Shown: one piece after another, positions 11,101 to 20,344 of the stretch
Numbering within the stretch: position 1 is the first letter of the stretch
Layout of the letters: each line of letters begins with the position of its first letter
Assembly: GCA_040902925.1 (NCBI GenBank)
Contig: JBBDWJ010000244.1
Coordinates: 20,795-84,794 of the forward strand
DNA: 64,000 nt
Source: Bryobacterales bacterium
Lineage (GTDB): Bacteria; Acidobacteriota; Terriglobia; Bryobacterales; UBA6623
Reading direction: 5' to 3'
The notes under the pieces: model-generated
What the model saw: the letters and a program-made list of their open reading frames with translations, nothing else
The model's database searches: none
Told to the model about the DNA's origin: nothing
Program-made: the position numbers and the translations under genes

Positions 11101-12253
11101 GCGGCTGCAAAATGCCGCATTGCGCTCCGAGGATCTGCCTGCCGGGCTCAGCGATATATCGGGCTCGATGACTTTCACCGGCCGGCGTGTACGGATCGAT
11201 GAGATCAAGGCCACTTCCGGCGGCGGCAGGGTCCGGCTTAGCGGCACGGCGGTCTACGAAGAAGGCACGGCGTCGTATCGCCTGAGCGCCGATGCCCAGC
11301 AGGTGCGCCTGCGCTACCCGACCAACATGACAAGCACCATCGACGGGCAACTGACGCTTTCGGGCAACGACCTGCAAACGCTGCTGACCGGCGAGATCAT
11401 CGTCATGCGGCTGTCGACCTCGCCGGAGGCCAACATGGGCAGCCTGATCGCCTCGCTCGGCGAGCCGCCGCGCACGCCCGCCGGAGGGCCTTTCCTCCGC
11501 AATACCCAGCTCAACGTGCGCCTCGGCTCCATACCCGACCTGCCGGTTCAAACCAGCATGTTTCGCAACATGCAGGTCGAAGTCGACATGCGCGTCGTCG
11601 GCACGGCCGTCAGCCCATCCCTGCTTGGCAACATCAGCGTTACCCAGGGCGAGATGCGCTTCCAGGGAACGCGCTACGTCATCAACCGCGGCGAGATCGA
11701 CTTCACCAACCCGTTCCGCGTCGAACCCGTACTCGACTTCGAGCTGGAAACACGCATTCGCGACGTCGATATCGCGCTCAACATCTCCGGGCCGGCACGC
11801 AACATGAATGTGAGCTACCGCTCCGATCCGCCGCTGGAATTCAACCAACTGGTTTCGCTGATCGCCGTGGGCCGGAGCCCGACTCTGGACCCGGTGCTGG
11901 CTGCGCAAGAGCGCGTCGAGGCGCAGCCGCTGATCCAGACCGGCGCCAATACGCTGCTGTCGCAGGCGCTTTCGCGGCCGTTTAGCAAGGGCTTGCAGCG
12001 TTTCTTCGGCGTCAGCCGTTTGCGGGTCGATCCCCAGGTGGGAGGGGCCGAGAGCGCCCCCACGGCGCGCATTTCAACCGAACAGCAGATCACCAACGAC
12101 CTCACGCTGATCTACAGCTACAACCTGGCCGATTCCGAACAACAGAGCGTGCGGGTCGAATGGGCGCCCAGCCGCCGCCTGTCGTTCATCGTGACGCGCG
12201 ACGAGAACGGGCTGGTCGGCGCCGACGTGCTCTACAAAAAGAGGCTGCCCTGA
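8162..12253 (+). CDS. tamB: Translocation and assembly module protein TamB (AsmA-like, C-terminal DUF490)
   Basis: This is a 1363-aa ORF with an N-terminal membrane anchor (WLGIPLLIAILLVIAFQ). It has a long beta-rich repetitive body and a DUF490-like C-terminus (...ISTEQQITNDLTLIYSYNLADSEQQSVRVEWAPSRRLSFIVTRDENG). Confidence 0.85.
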   Translation: MTEPMAVMKKLLSKLGRIRWSRWLGIPLLIAILLVIAFQATVRTDWFQHKVRDRVILELERATGGRVELGAFLFDPGTMTVTINRLVIHGAEQPPEPPLLSIPTLRIELTLVSLLSMQVSVRALQVQSPEIHLTVADDGTTNLPGGQRGAASGDSVDTLLDLAVDRLEVQQGSLYWNNVPHRLSVRGAGLQLGTRYERAEDRYALSFRVAELGFEYAESETVLSESEGELFVYRDRVEVPHLVVGTSGARIEAHAQMRGWQQPEIDAEYKGRFSIEPWKVRFGLQFLGEGLAELAGKLAWRGADESLAYSGSVALESAINSTGSEAPKVLASAEYSGDAARARLRNLDVAAFGGHFHGEAEAEVAPTAPPGWRLSGDFDGYSIRSVAEAARATGIANLPANLPWRSLLSGWLRAEGAGLDDAQLSASLILAPPQGLPPDQRLLEGVVDVVYRSSDQLLQFSRIDLSTGASRVAAHGSITADGRSILDLEATLDQLTDLATAARMAGIDISELPLQLQGQASLEGHFAGQLFLDRPPQGRFTGKLEANGLRTAGYDWRRFSGDLELEPGRLRLEQGILEDPDGTAQLALTVPLEDYRLSPAGPLAGNVKFSGFSVERFLATFGRSEKITGIAGGQVRLSGAVENPEFTAEATVREGAVWDELFQIATVKAQYAAGKLDVSSFEILKAPRPGSEGAQPRVRGQGQFTPADRRFRLDLSGGDWNLAQFDRFEGAARPPSGDVQLDLHASGRLSEGQELFDELDVTGNWNLQNVALGEQSLGSLAGNIATQGKQVYLDWKAALLGGQLSGKAELQPAGDQSFHGQMEFQKFQALGVAQLARLPVEQMQGEVDGSFTFSGDLAEPNNLKAEGTITRLEVGLTEIAGANKGYSLWNPFPMRFSLAERRLRLDGMRLLGQGTDIGIDGTIPFALMDPAENKLDVSVEGDFNLSVLESFRSGLEASGVSSVEVNIRGTMEQPQLRGRLRLQNAALRSEDLPAGLSDISGSMTFTGRRVRIDEIKATSGGGRVRLSGTAVYEEGTASYRLSADAQQVRLRYPTNMTSTIDGQLTLSGNDLQTLLTGEIIVMRLSTSPEANMGSLIASLGEPPRTPAGGPFLRNTQLNVRLGSIPDLPVQTSMFRNMQVEVDMRVVGTAVSPSLLGNISVTQGEMRFQGTRYVINRGEIDFTNPFRVEPVLDFELETRIRDVDIALNISGPARNMNVSYRSDPPLEFNQLVSLIAVGRSPTLDPVLAAQERVEAQPLIQTGANTLLSQALSRPFSKGLQRFFGVSRLRVDPQVGGAESAPTARISTEQQITNDLTLIYSYNLADSEQQSVRVEWAPSRRLSFIVTRDENGLVGADVLYKKRLP

Positions 12254-12254
12254 A

Positions 12255-12899
12255 ATGCTGACGTGGGAACAGTTGCGGCATCGTATGGTCGAAGAGCAAC
12301 TGCGCAACCGCGGCATCCGGGACGAGCGCGTTTTGCGCGCGATGGAAACCGTGCCGCGTCACGAGTTCGTCCCCAAGCCCCACCGCCACCTGGCCTACAA
12401 CGACGAGCCGCAGCCGATCGGCGCCGAGCAGACGATTTCGCAGCCCTACATGGTCGCGGCGATGGCCGAAGCGCTGGTTCTGGATGGAAACGAAAAGGTT
12501 CTCGAAGTGGGGGCGGGGTCGGGGTACGCGGCGGCTGTTATGTCGTTGCTGGCCGCCCACGTCTATGCGCTGGATACTGAGCCTGCGCTCGCCGAGCTTG
12601 CCCGCGCCAACCTGGAAAAGACCGGGTTTGCCAGCCAGGTGACGGTATTGTGCGGGGATGGCACGTTAGGCTACCCGCAAGAAGCGCCGTATCAGGCCAT
12701 CTCCGTGGCCGCCGGAGCGCCGCGCATCCCGCAAGCCTTGATCGACCAGCTCGACCCCGGGGGCGGCCGTCTGGCCATTCCCGTCGGCTCCACCCAGGAT
12801 CAGGAATTACACCTGATACGCCGCAACGGCGATAAGACCGAGACGCGCAAAGTTGCCAACTGCCGCTTCGTGCCTCTGCGGGGAGCGGAAGGCTGGTAG
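12255..12899 (+). CDS. pcm: Protein-L-isoaspartate O-methyltransferase
   Basis: Diagnostic motifs are VPRHEFVP, ISQPYMVAAM and the SAM-binding VLEVGAGSGYAAAV. The ATG lies 2 nt after the tamB stop. Confidence 0.93.
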   Translation: MLTWEQLRHRMVEEQLRNRGIRDERVLRAMETVPRHEFVPKPHRHLAYNDEPQPIGAEQTISQPYMVAAMAEALVLDGNEKVLEVGAGSGYAAAVMSLLAAHVYALDTEPALAELARANLEKTGFASQVTVLCGDGTLGYPQEAPYQAISVAAGAPRIPQALIDQLDPGGGRLAIPVGSTQDQELHLIRRNGDKTETRKVANCRFVPLRGAEGW

Positions 12900-12971
12900 C
12901 GGGATACCTTGATGCGAAATCAAGCGGCGCCCAAGGCAAGGCCGTCAGAAGCCATCGGCTCAGCCCCGCCT

Positions 12972-14777
12972 CTACCGCGACTCGGCCGGCTTCATCGTAT
13001 GCGCCCGAATCCAGCCTGAAATCGCTTCCAGAGCGGCGGGCGCCATCGTCTCCTCAATGCGGGCATACTCGAGCGGCAAACCCGTCTCGCTAGTCTGCAA
13101 TAAGTGGTTCAACTTCGCCGGCCGCATGACCTGGTAGTCATTGTTCCCGCTGGCCTTCAGCGCCTGCTCGATCGGCGGAAGATTGTTATCCGGCGGCACC
13201 TGGAGGTCGTTTTCTCCAATGATCACCAACACCGGACGCTTCACCTTTGTAAGCGCGGGAATCGGGTCATAGGTCAGGAAAAAACGGAACCACGGCGTAA
13301 GCAGCATCTTGGCCTGCTCGCCGAGCGGAGATTCTTCTGATAACCCGGCTGCCTCGCGCTGCTCGGAGCTCAGCTCCTGGACGATCTCCTTCTGCAGGGC
13401 GGCCAGCCGCTGGCGGGCCTGCGAGTCGTCGCTCTCCTCCTTCACGATGGCGTACATTCGCTCTTGCATTTCCCGGTTGGCGGCGATGGCATCGTCATCC
13501 GCCCCCATGACGCGCATCAATGCCTCCGACTGCACATGGATAATCTCTTCGCCAGTCAGCCCCGGGGCGGCGAGGAGAACCAGGAACGCGACGCTGTCGG
13601 ATTCCACCGCGGCCAAGGGAGCGACGATCGCACCCTCGCTGTGCCCGATCAAACCGATCTTCTTGGCGTTGATCTCTGGCCGTGATTTCAGAAATCCGAC
13701 GGCGGCCAAGGCGTCGCCGGCGAAATCGCGGCTGGTCGCCTCCGTGATGCTGCCCTGCGAGCCGCCAACGCCGCGATCATCGAAACGCAGCACGGCGATT
13801 CCGTGGCGGGTGAGGTGGTCGGCCAACACCAGAAACGGCCGGTGACCCATGATCGACTCGTCGCGGTCCTGTGCGCCCGAACCGGTCAGCAATACCGCCG
13901 CCGGATACGGCCCTTCCCCGCGCGGCGTGGTCAGCGTGCCGGCGAATTGCAGTCCGGCGGCTTCGTTGCGGAAAACGACCTCCTCCTCGTTGTAGGGGTA
14001 GGGTTTTTGAGGGTCTTGCGAACGGCTCAGCCGGGGCTCTTCACGGTGGCGATGGAGAGTCAGCGGCAAAGACCCGCCGCCCTGCCGCCACTCCCCATCG
14101 ATCTCCGAGCGCGGCCCGTTGAACTTGCCGGCGAATACCGCCGCCGGGCGCTTCAACTCCAGCCGCACGGAGTCCGCCTGCACCTCGATTCTCTCGATCT
14201 TGAGCCCCGCGGCTCCCTGGTCCACACTATCCAAGGTTCCGCTATAGGCTCCTTGGCCGTCTTTGGCGATGCGCGCAATCAGCCGCAGCTCGATGGCTCC
14301 GGTATCCAGCACGCCGACCCAGATACCGGCCAGGTCCTCGCCAGGAACCCCCGGCTGTGTAAAGGGAGTTGGATCGCCTCCGTCGGCCTGCTTGCGCACC
14401 GAGCGGCGCAGGCGGAACGTCAATTCCGTGATGCCCTGCGTATAGTCGCCCGCGATCGCCTTGCCGTCGTCGGAGAGCGTACCCGAAAAGGCCGGGTTTC
14501 CCGGCACGCCGGGCATGGCGAAGGCGACATCCCGCCCTTCGACCATCACATTCGCCAGGCTCAGGCCCCGGGTATCCTGGGCCGGGATATCGATAACCCC
14601 GCTCCAGACGCCTTCGGCGTCGGTTTTCAGCTCGACGGCGATATCGAGCGCGTTCCCTCGGATGTCAATCGACCCTTCCCAGTAGCCCGCAGGCGTCGCT
14701 TCTTGCGCCAGGGCGGCCGCCGTCCATAGCGCCGCCAGACCGAGAAGAAGGGCTGCCTGAGATAACCGCTTCGCCAT
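12972..14777 (-). CDS. Secreted alpha/beta-fold hydrolase (serine hydrolase, S9/dienelactone-hydrolase-like)
   Basis: The signal peptide is MAKRLSQAALLLGLAALWTAAALAQ (ATG at 14777, confirmed in the sequence). The nucleophile elbow is GLIGHSEGA. The track start at 14906 is likely too long. Confidence 0.75.
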   Translation of the reverse strand: MAKRLSQAALLLGLAALWTAAALAQEATPAGYWEGSIDIRGNALDIAVELKTDAEGVWSGVIDIPAQDTRGLSLANVMVEGRDVAFAMPGVPGNPAFSGTLSDDGKAIAGDYTQGITELTFRLRRSVRKQADGGDPTPFTQPGVPGEDLAGIWVGVLDTGAIELRLIARIAKDGQGAYSGTLDSVDQGAAGLKIERIEVQADSVRLELKRPAAVFAGKFNGPRSEIDGEWRQGGGSLPLTLHRHREEPRLSRSQDPQKPYPYNEEEVVFRNEAAGLQFAGTLTTPRGEGPYPAAVLLTGSGAQDRDESIMGHRPFLVLADHLTRHGIAVLRFDDRGVGGSQGSITEATSRDFAGDALAAVGFLKSRPEINAKKIGLIGHSEGAIVAPLAAVESDSVAFLVLLAAPGLTGEEIIHVQSEALMRVMGADDDAIAANREMQERMYAIVKEESDDSQARQRLAALQKEIVQELSSEQREAAGLSEESPLGEQAKMLLTPWFRFFLTYDPIPALTKVKRPVLVIIGENDLQVPPDNNLPPIEQALKASGNNDYQVMRPAKLNHLLQTSETGLPLEYARIEETMAPAALEAISGWIRAHTMKPAESR

Positions 14778-14918
14778 GATTGGCCTCGCCAGGTCCTTAT
14801 AGGGAAGGAGCTTACCGCCCGCCGGCCGCAAGGCCGCGAGGGCATGCAACGCCGCAAGGGTCCGCGCGTTGGAGATATAGACGCAGCCAATCCCGAATAA
14901 TTTCAAAAAACCGCGGCC

Positions 14919-15437
14919 TCACCGGCCTGTGGCCAACTCCTGAGCAAGCTCGTCCAGCCAGCCCTGAATCCGCCGCCGGTTCACGCCCAGATCCCCGTGG
15001 CCATAGTGCGAGCGGCTGTAGATCGCAATCGTTGAGCGGCCGTCATTGGCCGGCAGCAGCCGTAGGGTTACCGTGTCGGGGAAATGGATAACGGGTGTCA
15101 GCGCCTCATACTCATATTGATCCTCGTTCGAATCGCTCGACAGCAGCGTCACCCGAGCCTGCCGTTCGATCACACGGAACCAGGCCGCTCGAAGCTCCTC
15201 CAAAGAGGCATCAAACACCGGGCTTGGGGCATGAGGCTGCGCCACGCACAGTTCCCGCGGGCAGACCAGATATTGATTGGGAGACGCCTTCAGCTCCAGC
15301 GTCGAAAAGTCCACTGGCGCGCGATCCATCGGGCCAAACGCCCGCTCCAGCAGCCCGGCGCGGCCATAGATCGAGGCTAGAGCTACGTAGATGACGACCG
15401 GAGCTCCAACAATGAGCAGCAGCACTTTCCACCACAT
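14919..15437 (-). CDS. DUF1499 family membrane-anchored protein
   Basis: MWWKVLLLIVGAPVVIYVALA forms a transmembrane anchor. The family-typical tail is YSRSHYGHGDLGVNRRRIQGWL. The upstream part of track ORF 14919..15677 overlaps the sppA 3' end, so the internal ATG at 15437 was chosen. Confidence 0.75.
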   Translation of the reverse strand: MWWKVLLLIVGAPVVIYVALASIYGRAGLLERAFGPMDRAPVDFSTLELKASPNQYLVCPRELCVAQPHAPSPVFDASLEELRAAWFRVIERQARVTLLSSDSNEDQYEYEALTPVIHFPDTVTLRLLPANDGRSTIAIYSRSHYGHGDLGVNRRRIQGWLDELAQELATGR

Positions 15438-15613
15438 AGCTCCAGCATGACCGATTTGGAAACAGTGGTGGAACCGCGGCGTGATTTCGCGGCAAAACCG
15501 CGCCAGCCTGTTGAGGTTCGACCCGTGCGACAGTAGCTGGCCGCTTTTCGGGCCGTTTCGAAAGCGTTCGGCCCGAGCCCGCGGCTTCCGGCTTTTAGCT
15601 CTACTGCACAGTT

Positions 15614-17347
15614 CTACTGCACAGTGATCGTGTAGGGTGTCAGGCGCATCATGCCGCCTTCCAGCAGCGCAGGCCACGACGAGATGTCTCCGAAGTGAGC
15701 GCGCAGGAAGCCGCGCAGCCGCGAGAGATCGGCCGACTGCCGATCGAACAGCACGTCGATGAACCGTTTCGGCGTCGGGTAGGTGACCAGCCGCACGGTA
15801 TCTTCCTCTTTCAGGCCGGCCTCCCGCTTGGCGACTTCAATGGCCTTTTCGAATCCACCGATTTCGTCGATCAGGCCGTTGCGCTGCGCCTGGGACCCCA
15901 GCCAGACTCGACCCTGCGCCAGTTCGTGGATCTCGTCCCAGGCCTTGCCGCGGGCGTCGGCCACCTTCTGGACGAAAACGCGGTAGGTCTCTTCGATGCC
16001 TTCGCGCAGCTTGGCGCGTTCCACCTCGGTGAGGCTGCGGTAGTCGGTGTAAATGTCGGCATAGCGTCCGCGCGTGAGAATCTCCTTCTTCAGGCCGATC
16101 TTTTCATAAAACCCGTGCAAGTTCAGCTTCCCGAAAAATACGCCAATCGAACCGGTGTAGGTGCCGGGATACGCCACCAGCGGGGCCTTCGTCATCGCCA
16201 GATAATAGCCTCCGGAAGCCGCTACGTCGCTCATCGAAACCACCAGCGGCTTGGCCTCTTGAAGTAGTTGCATCTCGCGCCACATCTCGTCGGAAGCAAA
16301 GGCATCACCGCCGGGCGAATCCACGCGCAAGATGACCGCCTTGGTCTCTTCGTCCTCGCGCACGCTACGCAGCGTTTCGACAAAGCTGTCTGAGCCCAGG
16401 ATGCGGCTTCCAAACGGATCGTTGTCGTTGTCTCCCTGCATGATCGCGCCGACCGCGTAAACAACCGCCACCTTGTTGTCGCCGCCGAGCCCAAGCGATT
16501 CGCGGGACACCTTGCGGTAGCGCTTGGAACTGATCTCGTTCAGCTCCTCGACGCTGAGCTGCTCCTCCAGTTTGTCGTGGAACTCATCCTCGTACAGCAT
16601 TCCGTCGACCAGCCCGGCTTCGAGCGCTTTCGAGGAAAGAAAGGGGCCGTCGTCAACGATCGCCCGCATCTGTTCGGGCGTTTTGCCGCGCGACTCGCTG
16701 GTGGCGGCGAGAAACTGCTCAAAAATCTCGTCGAGGATCGAATTGGTGACTTCACGGAAGGCGTCGGACATTTCATTGCGCGAGTAGGGCTCGACGGCGC
16801 TCTTGTACTTGCCTACGTTTTCCATTTCCGCCTGGATGCCCATCTTGGCGAGCGTGTCCTTGAAGAAGGAAACCTCGGCGCGGAACCCGCGCACGTCGAG
16901 CAGCGCCTCCGGCAGGATGTACACCTGATCGGCGGCGCTGGCGACGTAGTAGTCCAGCGAGCTGCCGCCCGAAAGCAAAGCGACTACGGGCTTGCCGGAC
17001 TTCTGGAATTGCTCAATGTCCCAACGGAGCTCCTGGGCGCGGGCCCAGCCCACTTCGAGGCCATCGCAATAAAGCGCCACGGCCCGGATGCGCTTGTCCG
17101 CCGCCGCATTTTGGAACATATTGCGCACGTCCAGCATCGTCACCGACGTGCCCTGGCCCAGGAAATCCAGCGAAAAATCCATAAACTGATGCTCTGGAAG
17201 GTCGCCGGAAAGCTCGATCGAGAGCACGGAATCGGTTTCGATGCCGGGCTCGCGCGATTCCAAAGACGCAAACACCATGGCGCCAATCACCACCATCATG
17301 ACGACGAGAATGATGCCGGTCAGCACACCGAGCAGATACTTGAGCAT
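15614..17347 (-). CDS. sppA: Signal peptide peptidase SppA, 67K (tandem-domain) type
   Basis: This is a 577-aa ORF with an N-terminal transmembrane segment. It has two ClpP/crotonase-like halves (AVALYCDGLEVGWA...; VILRVDSPGGDAFASDEM...SMSDVAASGGYYLA). Confidence 0.9.
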   Translation of the reverse strand: MLKYLLGVLTGIILVVMMVVIGAMVFASLESREPGIETDSVLSIELSGDLPEHQFMDFSLDFLGQGTSVTMLDVRNMFQNAAADKRIRAVALYCDGLEVGWARAQELRWDIEQFQKSGKPVVALLSGGSSLDYYVASAADQVYILPEALLDVRGFRAEVSFFKDTLAKMGIQAEMENVGKYKSAVEPYSRNEMSDAFREVTNSILDEIFEQFLAATSESRGKTPEQMRAIVDDGPFLSSKALEAGLVDGMLYEDEFHDKLEEQLSVEELNEISSKRYRKVSRESLGLGGDNKVAVVYAVGAIMQGDNDNDPFGSRILGSDSFVETLRSVREDEETKAVILRVDSPGGDAFASDEMWREMQLLQEAKPLVVSMSDVAASGGYYLAMTKAPLVAYPGTYTGSIGVFFGKLNLHGFYEKIGLKKEILTRGRYADIYTDYRSLTEVERAKLREGIEETYRVFVQKVADARGKAWDEIHELAQGRVWLGSQAQRNGLIDEIGGFEKAIEVAKREAGLKEEDTVRLVTYPTPKRFIDVLFDRQSADLSRLRGFLRAHFGDISSWPALLEGGMMRLTPYTITVQ

Positions 17348-17610
17348 GAGAAACCTCGCGGGGACCCGTCGGGGCGGGCTCGCCTTACACGCAGCGCTGC
17401 GAGTTGCCGCGGCAAGCCTTCCAACGCATTATATCCTGTGGCGTGAGAACGACTTGGTGATTGTCCGCTGAGGAGATCCAAGCTGGCAAGCGCTACAGGC
17501 GCATCGAGAAACGATGGCCAAAGGCCGGCGAATCGAAGGGCCTTCGAGCGCCGCTTGTTATAATTTCTGTCGTATCGCTTTGGAATCGTTTTTCTCGCCA
17601 GGAGCACTCG

Positions 17611-19092
17611 ATGGACGTGATGGAAGCCGGCGTCGCCGATGCCGCCACAATCGCCAAGTACGAGCCGGTTATCGGGCTCGAAGTGCATGTCCAGCTCGGC
17701 ACGAGAACCAAGATTTTCTGCGGCTGCTCGACCGAATTCGGCAATCCTCCCAATACGCAAACCTGCCCGGTATGCCTGGGCCTGCCCGGCGCGCTGCCTG
17801 TTTTGAATCGCCAGGCCGTCACGCTCGCCGTCCGGGCGTCGCTGGCGCTCAACTGCCAGGTGCGCTCGTTCTCGCGGTTCGCGCGAAAAAATTACTTCTA
17901 TCCGGACCTGCCCAAGGGCTACCAGATCTCCCAGTATGACCAGCCGGTGGCCGAACACGGCTGGATCGAGGTCGTGCTCGAGGACGGAACCACCAAACGC
18001 ATCGGCATCACGCGGCTGCATCTGGAAGACGATGCCGGGAAAAACTCCCACGAGGGCTTCCCTGACAGCGGCCGCTACAGCTATGTCGATTTGAATCGCA
18101 CCGGCGTGCCGCTGGCCGAGATCGTCAGCGAGCCTGACCTGCGCAGCGCCGACGAGGCCTTCGCCTACCTCACTGAACTCAAGCAGATCATGCAATTCGT
18201 TGGCGTCTCCGACTGCGATATGGAAAAAGGACAATTGCGCTGCGACGCCAATGTTTCGGTGCGGCTCAAGGGCGCGGAAAAGTTCGGCACCAAGGCCGAA
18301 GTCAAAAATCTCAACTCGTTCCGCTTCGCGAAGCTCGCTATCGAGTACGAAATCGCGCGCCAGGTAGCGGTGCTCGAAGCGGGCGGCGTGATTCCGCAAG
18401 AGACACGGCTGTACAACACCGTGACGGGCGAAACGGTAACCATGCGCAGCAAGGAAGAAGCGCACGATTACCGTTACTTCCCCGAGCCCGACCTGATGCC
18501 GCTGGTCATCGGCGACGAGTGGCGCGAGGAAATCGAACGCGCCATGCCGGAATTGCCGGCCGCCAAGCGGCAGCGCTTTATCGGCGTCTACGGGCTCTCC
18601 GAATACGACGCCCGCGTGCTCTCTTCGACGCAACTGCTGGCGGACTATTTCGAAGCAGCGGCCAAGGCGTCGGGAGACCCGAAAATCGCCGCCAACTGGG
18701 TGCAAGGCGAGCTCGCCGGCGCTTTGAACACCACGGGCAAAACGATCGCCGACTCGCCCGTATCGGCCGCCCGGCTTGCGGAGCTGGTAAAGCTTGTCGC
18801 CGACGGCACGCTCTCAGGCAAGCTCGGCAAGGACGTCTTCGCCAAAATGTTCGCATCCGGAAAAACCGCGGCTGAAATCGTGGAAGCCGAAGGGCTCAAG
18901 CAGATCAGCGACACCGGTGCGCTGCAAAAAATCATCGATGACGTGCTGGCGAAAAACGCGGGCCAGGTCGCGACTTACAAAGGCGGCAAGACCAGCGTGC
19001 TCGGCTTCTTCGTCGGCCAGGTGATGAAGGCGACCCGCGGGCAAGCCAACCCCCAGGCCGTCAACGATTTATTGAAGAAGGCGCTCGAGTAG
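17611..19092 (+). CDS. gatB: Asp-tRNA(Asn)/Glu-tRNA(Gln) amidotransferase subunit B
   Basis: The motif [50 protein letters not shown] is diagnostic, and a YqeY-like C-terminal domain follows. The ATG at 17611 was confirmed; the track start at 17461 is too long. Confidence 0.95.
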   Translation: MDVMEAGVADAATIAKYEPVIGLEVHVQLGTRTKIFCGCSTEFGNPPNTQTCPVCLGLPGALPVLNRQAVTLAVRASLALNCQVRSFSRFARKNYFYPDLPKGYQISQYDQPVAEHGWIEVVLEDGTTKRIGITRLHLEDDAGKNSHEGFPDSGRYSYVDLNRTGVPLAEIVSEPDLRSADEAFAYLTELKQIMQFVGVSDCDMEKGQLRCDANVSVRLKGAEKFGTKAEVKNLNSFRFAKLAIEYEIARQVAVLEAGGVIPQETRLYNTVTGETVTMRSKEEAHDYRYFPEPDLMPLVIGDEWREEIERAMPELPAAKRQRFIGVYGLSEYDARVLSSTQLLADYFEAAAKASGDPKIAANWVQGELAGALNTTGKTIADSPVSAARLAELVKLVADGTLSGKLGKDVFAKMFASGKTAAEIVEAEGLKQISDTGALQKIIDDVLAKNAGQVATYKGGKTSVLGFFVGQVMKATRGQANPQAVNDLLKKALE

Positions 19093-19159
19093 CGGAACGG
19101 TAGAGGGCTAGTAGCGCGACAGGTTGCGCCCGCGGCCGCCTTTCGCCGAGGATTACAGC

Positions 19160-20116
19160 ATGCCGAAGACAACCCATCCTTGGACTCGCCGCGAAATGTT
19201 TTTAGGCGCCGCGGCATCGCTGGCAGCGGCATCCTCACCGGCCGCGGCTCCCGATGAAGCGCCGGCCGGCAAGCCGACCCTGTGCATGTTCTCGAAGCAC
19301 CTGGCGCACCTGAACTACAAAGACCTCGGCCGCACTCTCCGCGAATTGGGTTTTCCGGGGGTCGATCTGACCACCCGCCCGGGCGGACACGTGCTTCCCG
19401 AACGGGTCGCGGAAGACCTTCCCAAGGCCTTTCAGGCTCTCGAAGGCGAGGGCATCCGGACGCCGATGATCACTACCGGTCTGACGTCGCTGAAAGACCC
19501 CGCCGCGCGGCCGACGCTGCAAACGGCGGCAAAGCTGAAAATTCCCTACTGGAAACCTGGATACTACCGCTACCGCGATCTCTCGAAGCTCGAAGAGACG
19601 CTAAACGAGGTGAAGCGGGAGATCGAAGCACTGGCCGCGGTAGGCCAGCAAGCCGGAATCCAAGGGGGATTTCACAACCACTCCGGAACTTATGTCGGCG
19701 CGGCGATGTGGGACCACTGGTGGATCTTGCGCGACACGGACCCCAAGACGTTCGGCTTCTACTTCGACCCCTGTCACGCCACGATTGAGGGCGGCGACGC
19801 GGGCTGGCAGATCGGCTTCCATCGTCTGGCCGGCCGCATCAACATGGTCTCGATCAAGGATTTCTACTGGGAGAAACAGGGCGGCGAGTGGCAGGTGCGC
19901 ATGTGTCCTCTCGGCGAAGGCATGGTCAACTTCCCGAAGTTTTTTGAGCTGCTCGCCGCGAGCGGGTTTGCAGGCCCAATCTCCCTGCACATCGAGTACG
20001 AACTGGATGCCCCAACCGAATCCGCGCGTCACGAAAAGGAACTAGCCGCCATCGAGAAGGACCACGCCTTTCTGAAGCAGCAGGTGGAGAAGGCGTACGG
20101 GACGTTGGTCGGTTGA
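19160..20116 (+). CDS. Xylose-isomerase-like TIM-barrel protein (sugar phosphate isomerase/epimerase family) with a Tat-type signal
   Basis: The N-terminus MPKTTHPWTRREMFLGAAASLAAASSPAAA looks like a twin-arginine signal. The body has the AP-endonuclease-2/TIM-barrel pattern (GFHNHSG...FDPCHA...HIEYE). Confidence 0.7.
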   Translation: MPKTTHPWTRREMFLGAAASLAAASSPAAAPDEAPAGKPTLCMFSKHLAHLNYKDLGRTLRELGFPGVDLTTRPGGHVLPERVAEDLPKAFQALEGEGIRTPMITTGLTSLKDPAARPTLQTAAKLKIPYWKPGYYRYRDLSKLEETLNEVKREIEALAAVGQQAGIQGGFHNHSGTYVGAAMWDHWWILRDTDPKTFGFYFDPCHATIEGGDAGWQIGFHRLAGRINMVSIKDFYWEKQGGEWQVRMCPLGEGMVNFPKFFELLAASGFAGPISLHIEYELDAPTESARHEKELAAIEKDHAFLKQQVEKAYGTLVG

Positions 20117-20197
20117 TCGGTTGAGCCGTCGTCGTTAGAGATTCGCCGAGCACCCATGAAAAGGCGCCTGGCCAAGTATCGCCGCAGGCGATCCGAG

Positions 20198-20217
20198 CCC
20201 CATGCGCAAGCATGGGG
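20198..20217 (+). terminator. GC hairpin with a GCAA tetraloop downstream of the TIM-barrel gene (weak terminator candidate)
   Basis: CCCCATGC-GCAA-GCATGGGG forms a perfect 8-bp stem. Only a short TTA follows, so there is no proper U-tract. Confidence 0.3.
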
Positions 20218-20288
20218 TTACACGCGGCAGCGCGCCACGCCAGCCGTCCCCAACTCCCGGCCACTCAAAATCAAGAGCCACTACCGGC

Positions 20289-20344
20289 GGATAAACCGAT
20301 AAACGGATCAACGGATCAACGGATCAACGGATCAACGGACCAGA
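20289..20344. repeat. Tandem 8-bp repeat (GGATCAAC)n, about 7 units with 4 perfect
   Basis: The units read ggataaac cgataaac ggatcaac ggatcaac ggatcaac ggatcaac ggaccaga. The array sits between two convergent genes and ends right at the pyrE stop codon (20345-20347). Each perfect unit carries GATC. Confidence 0.9.
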
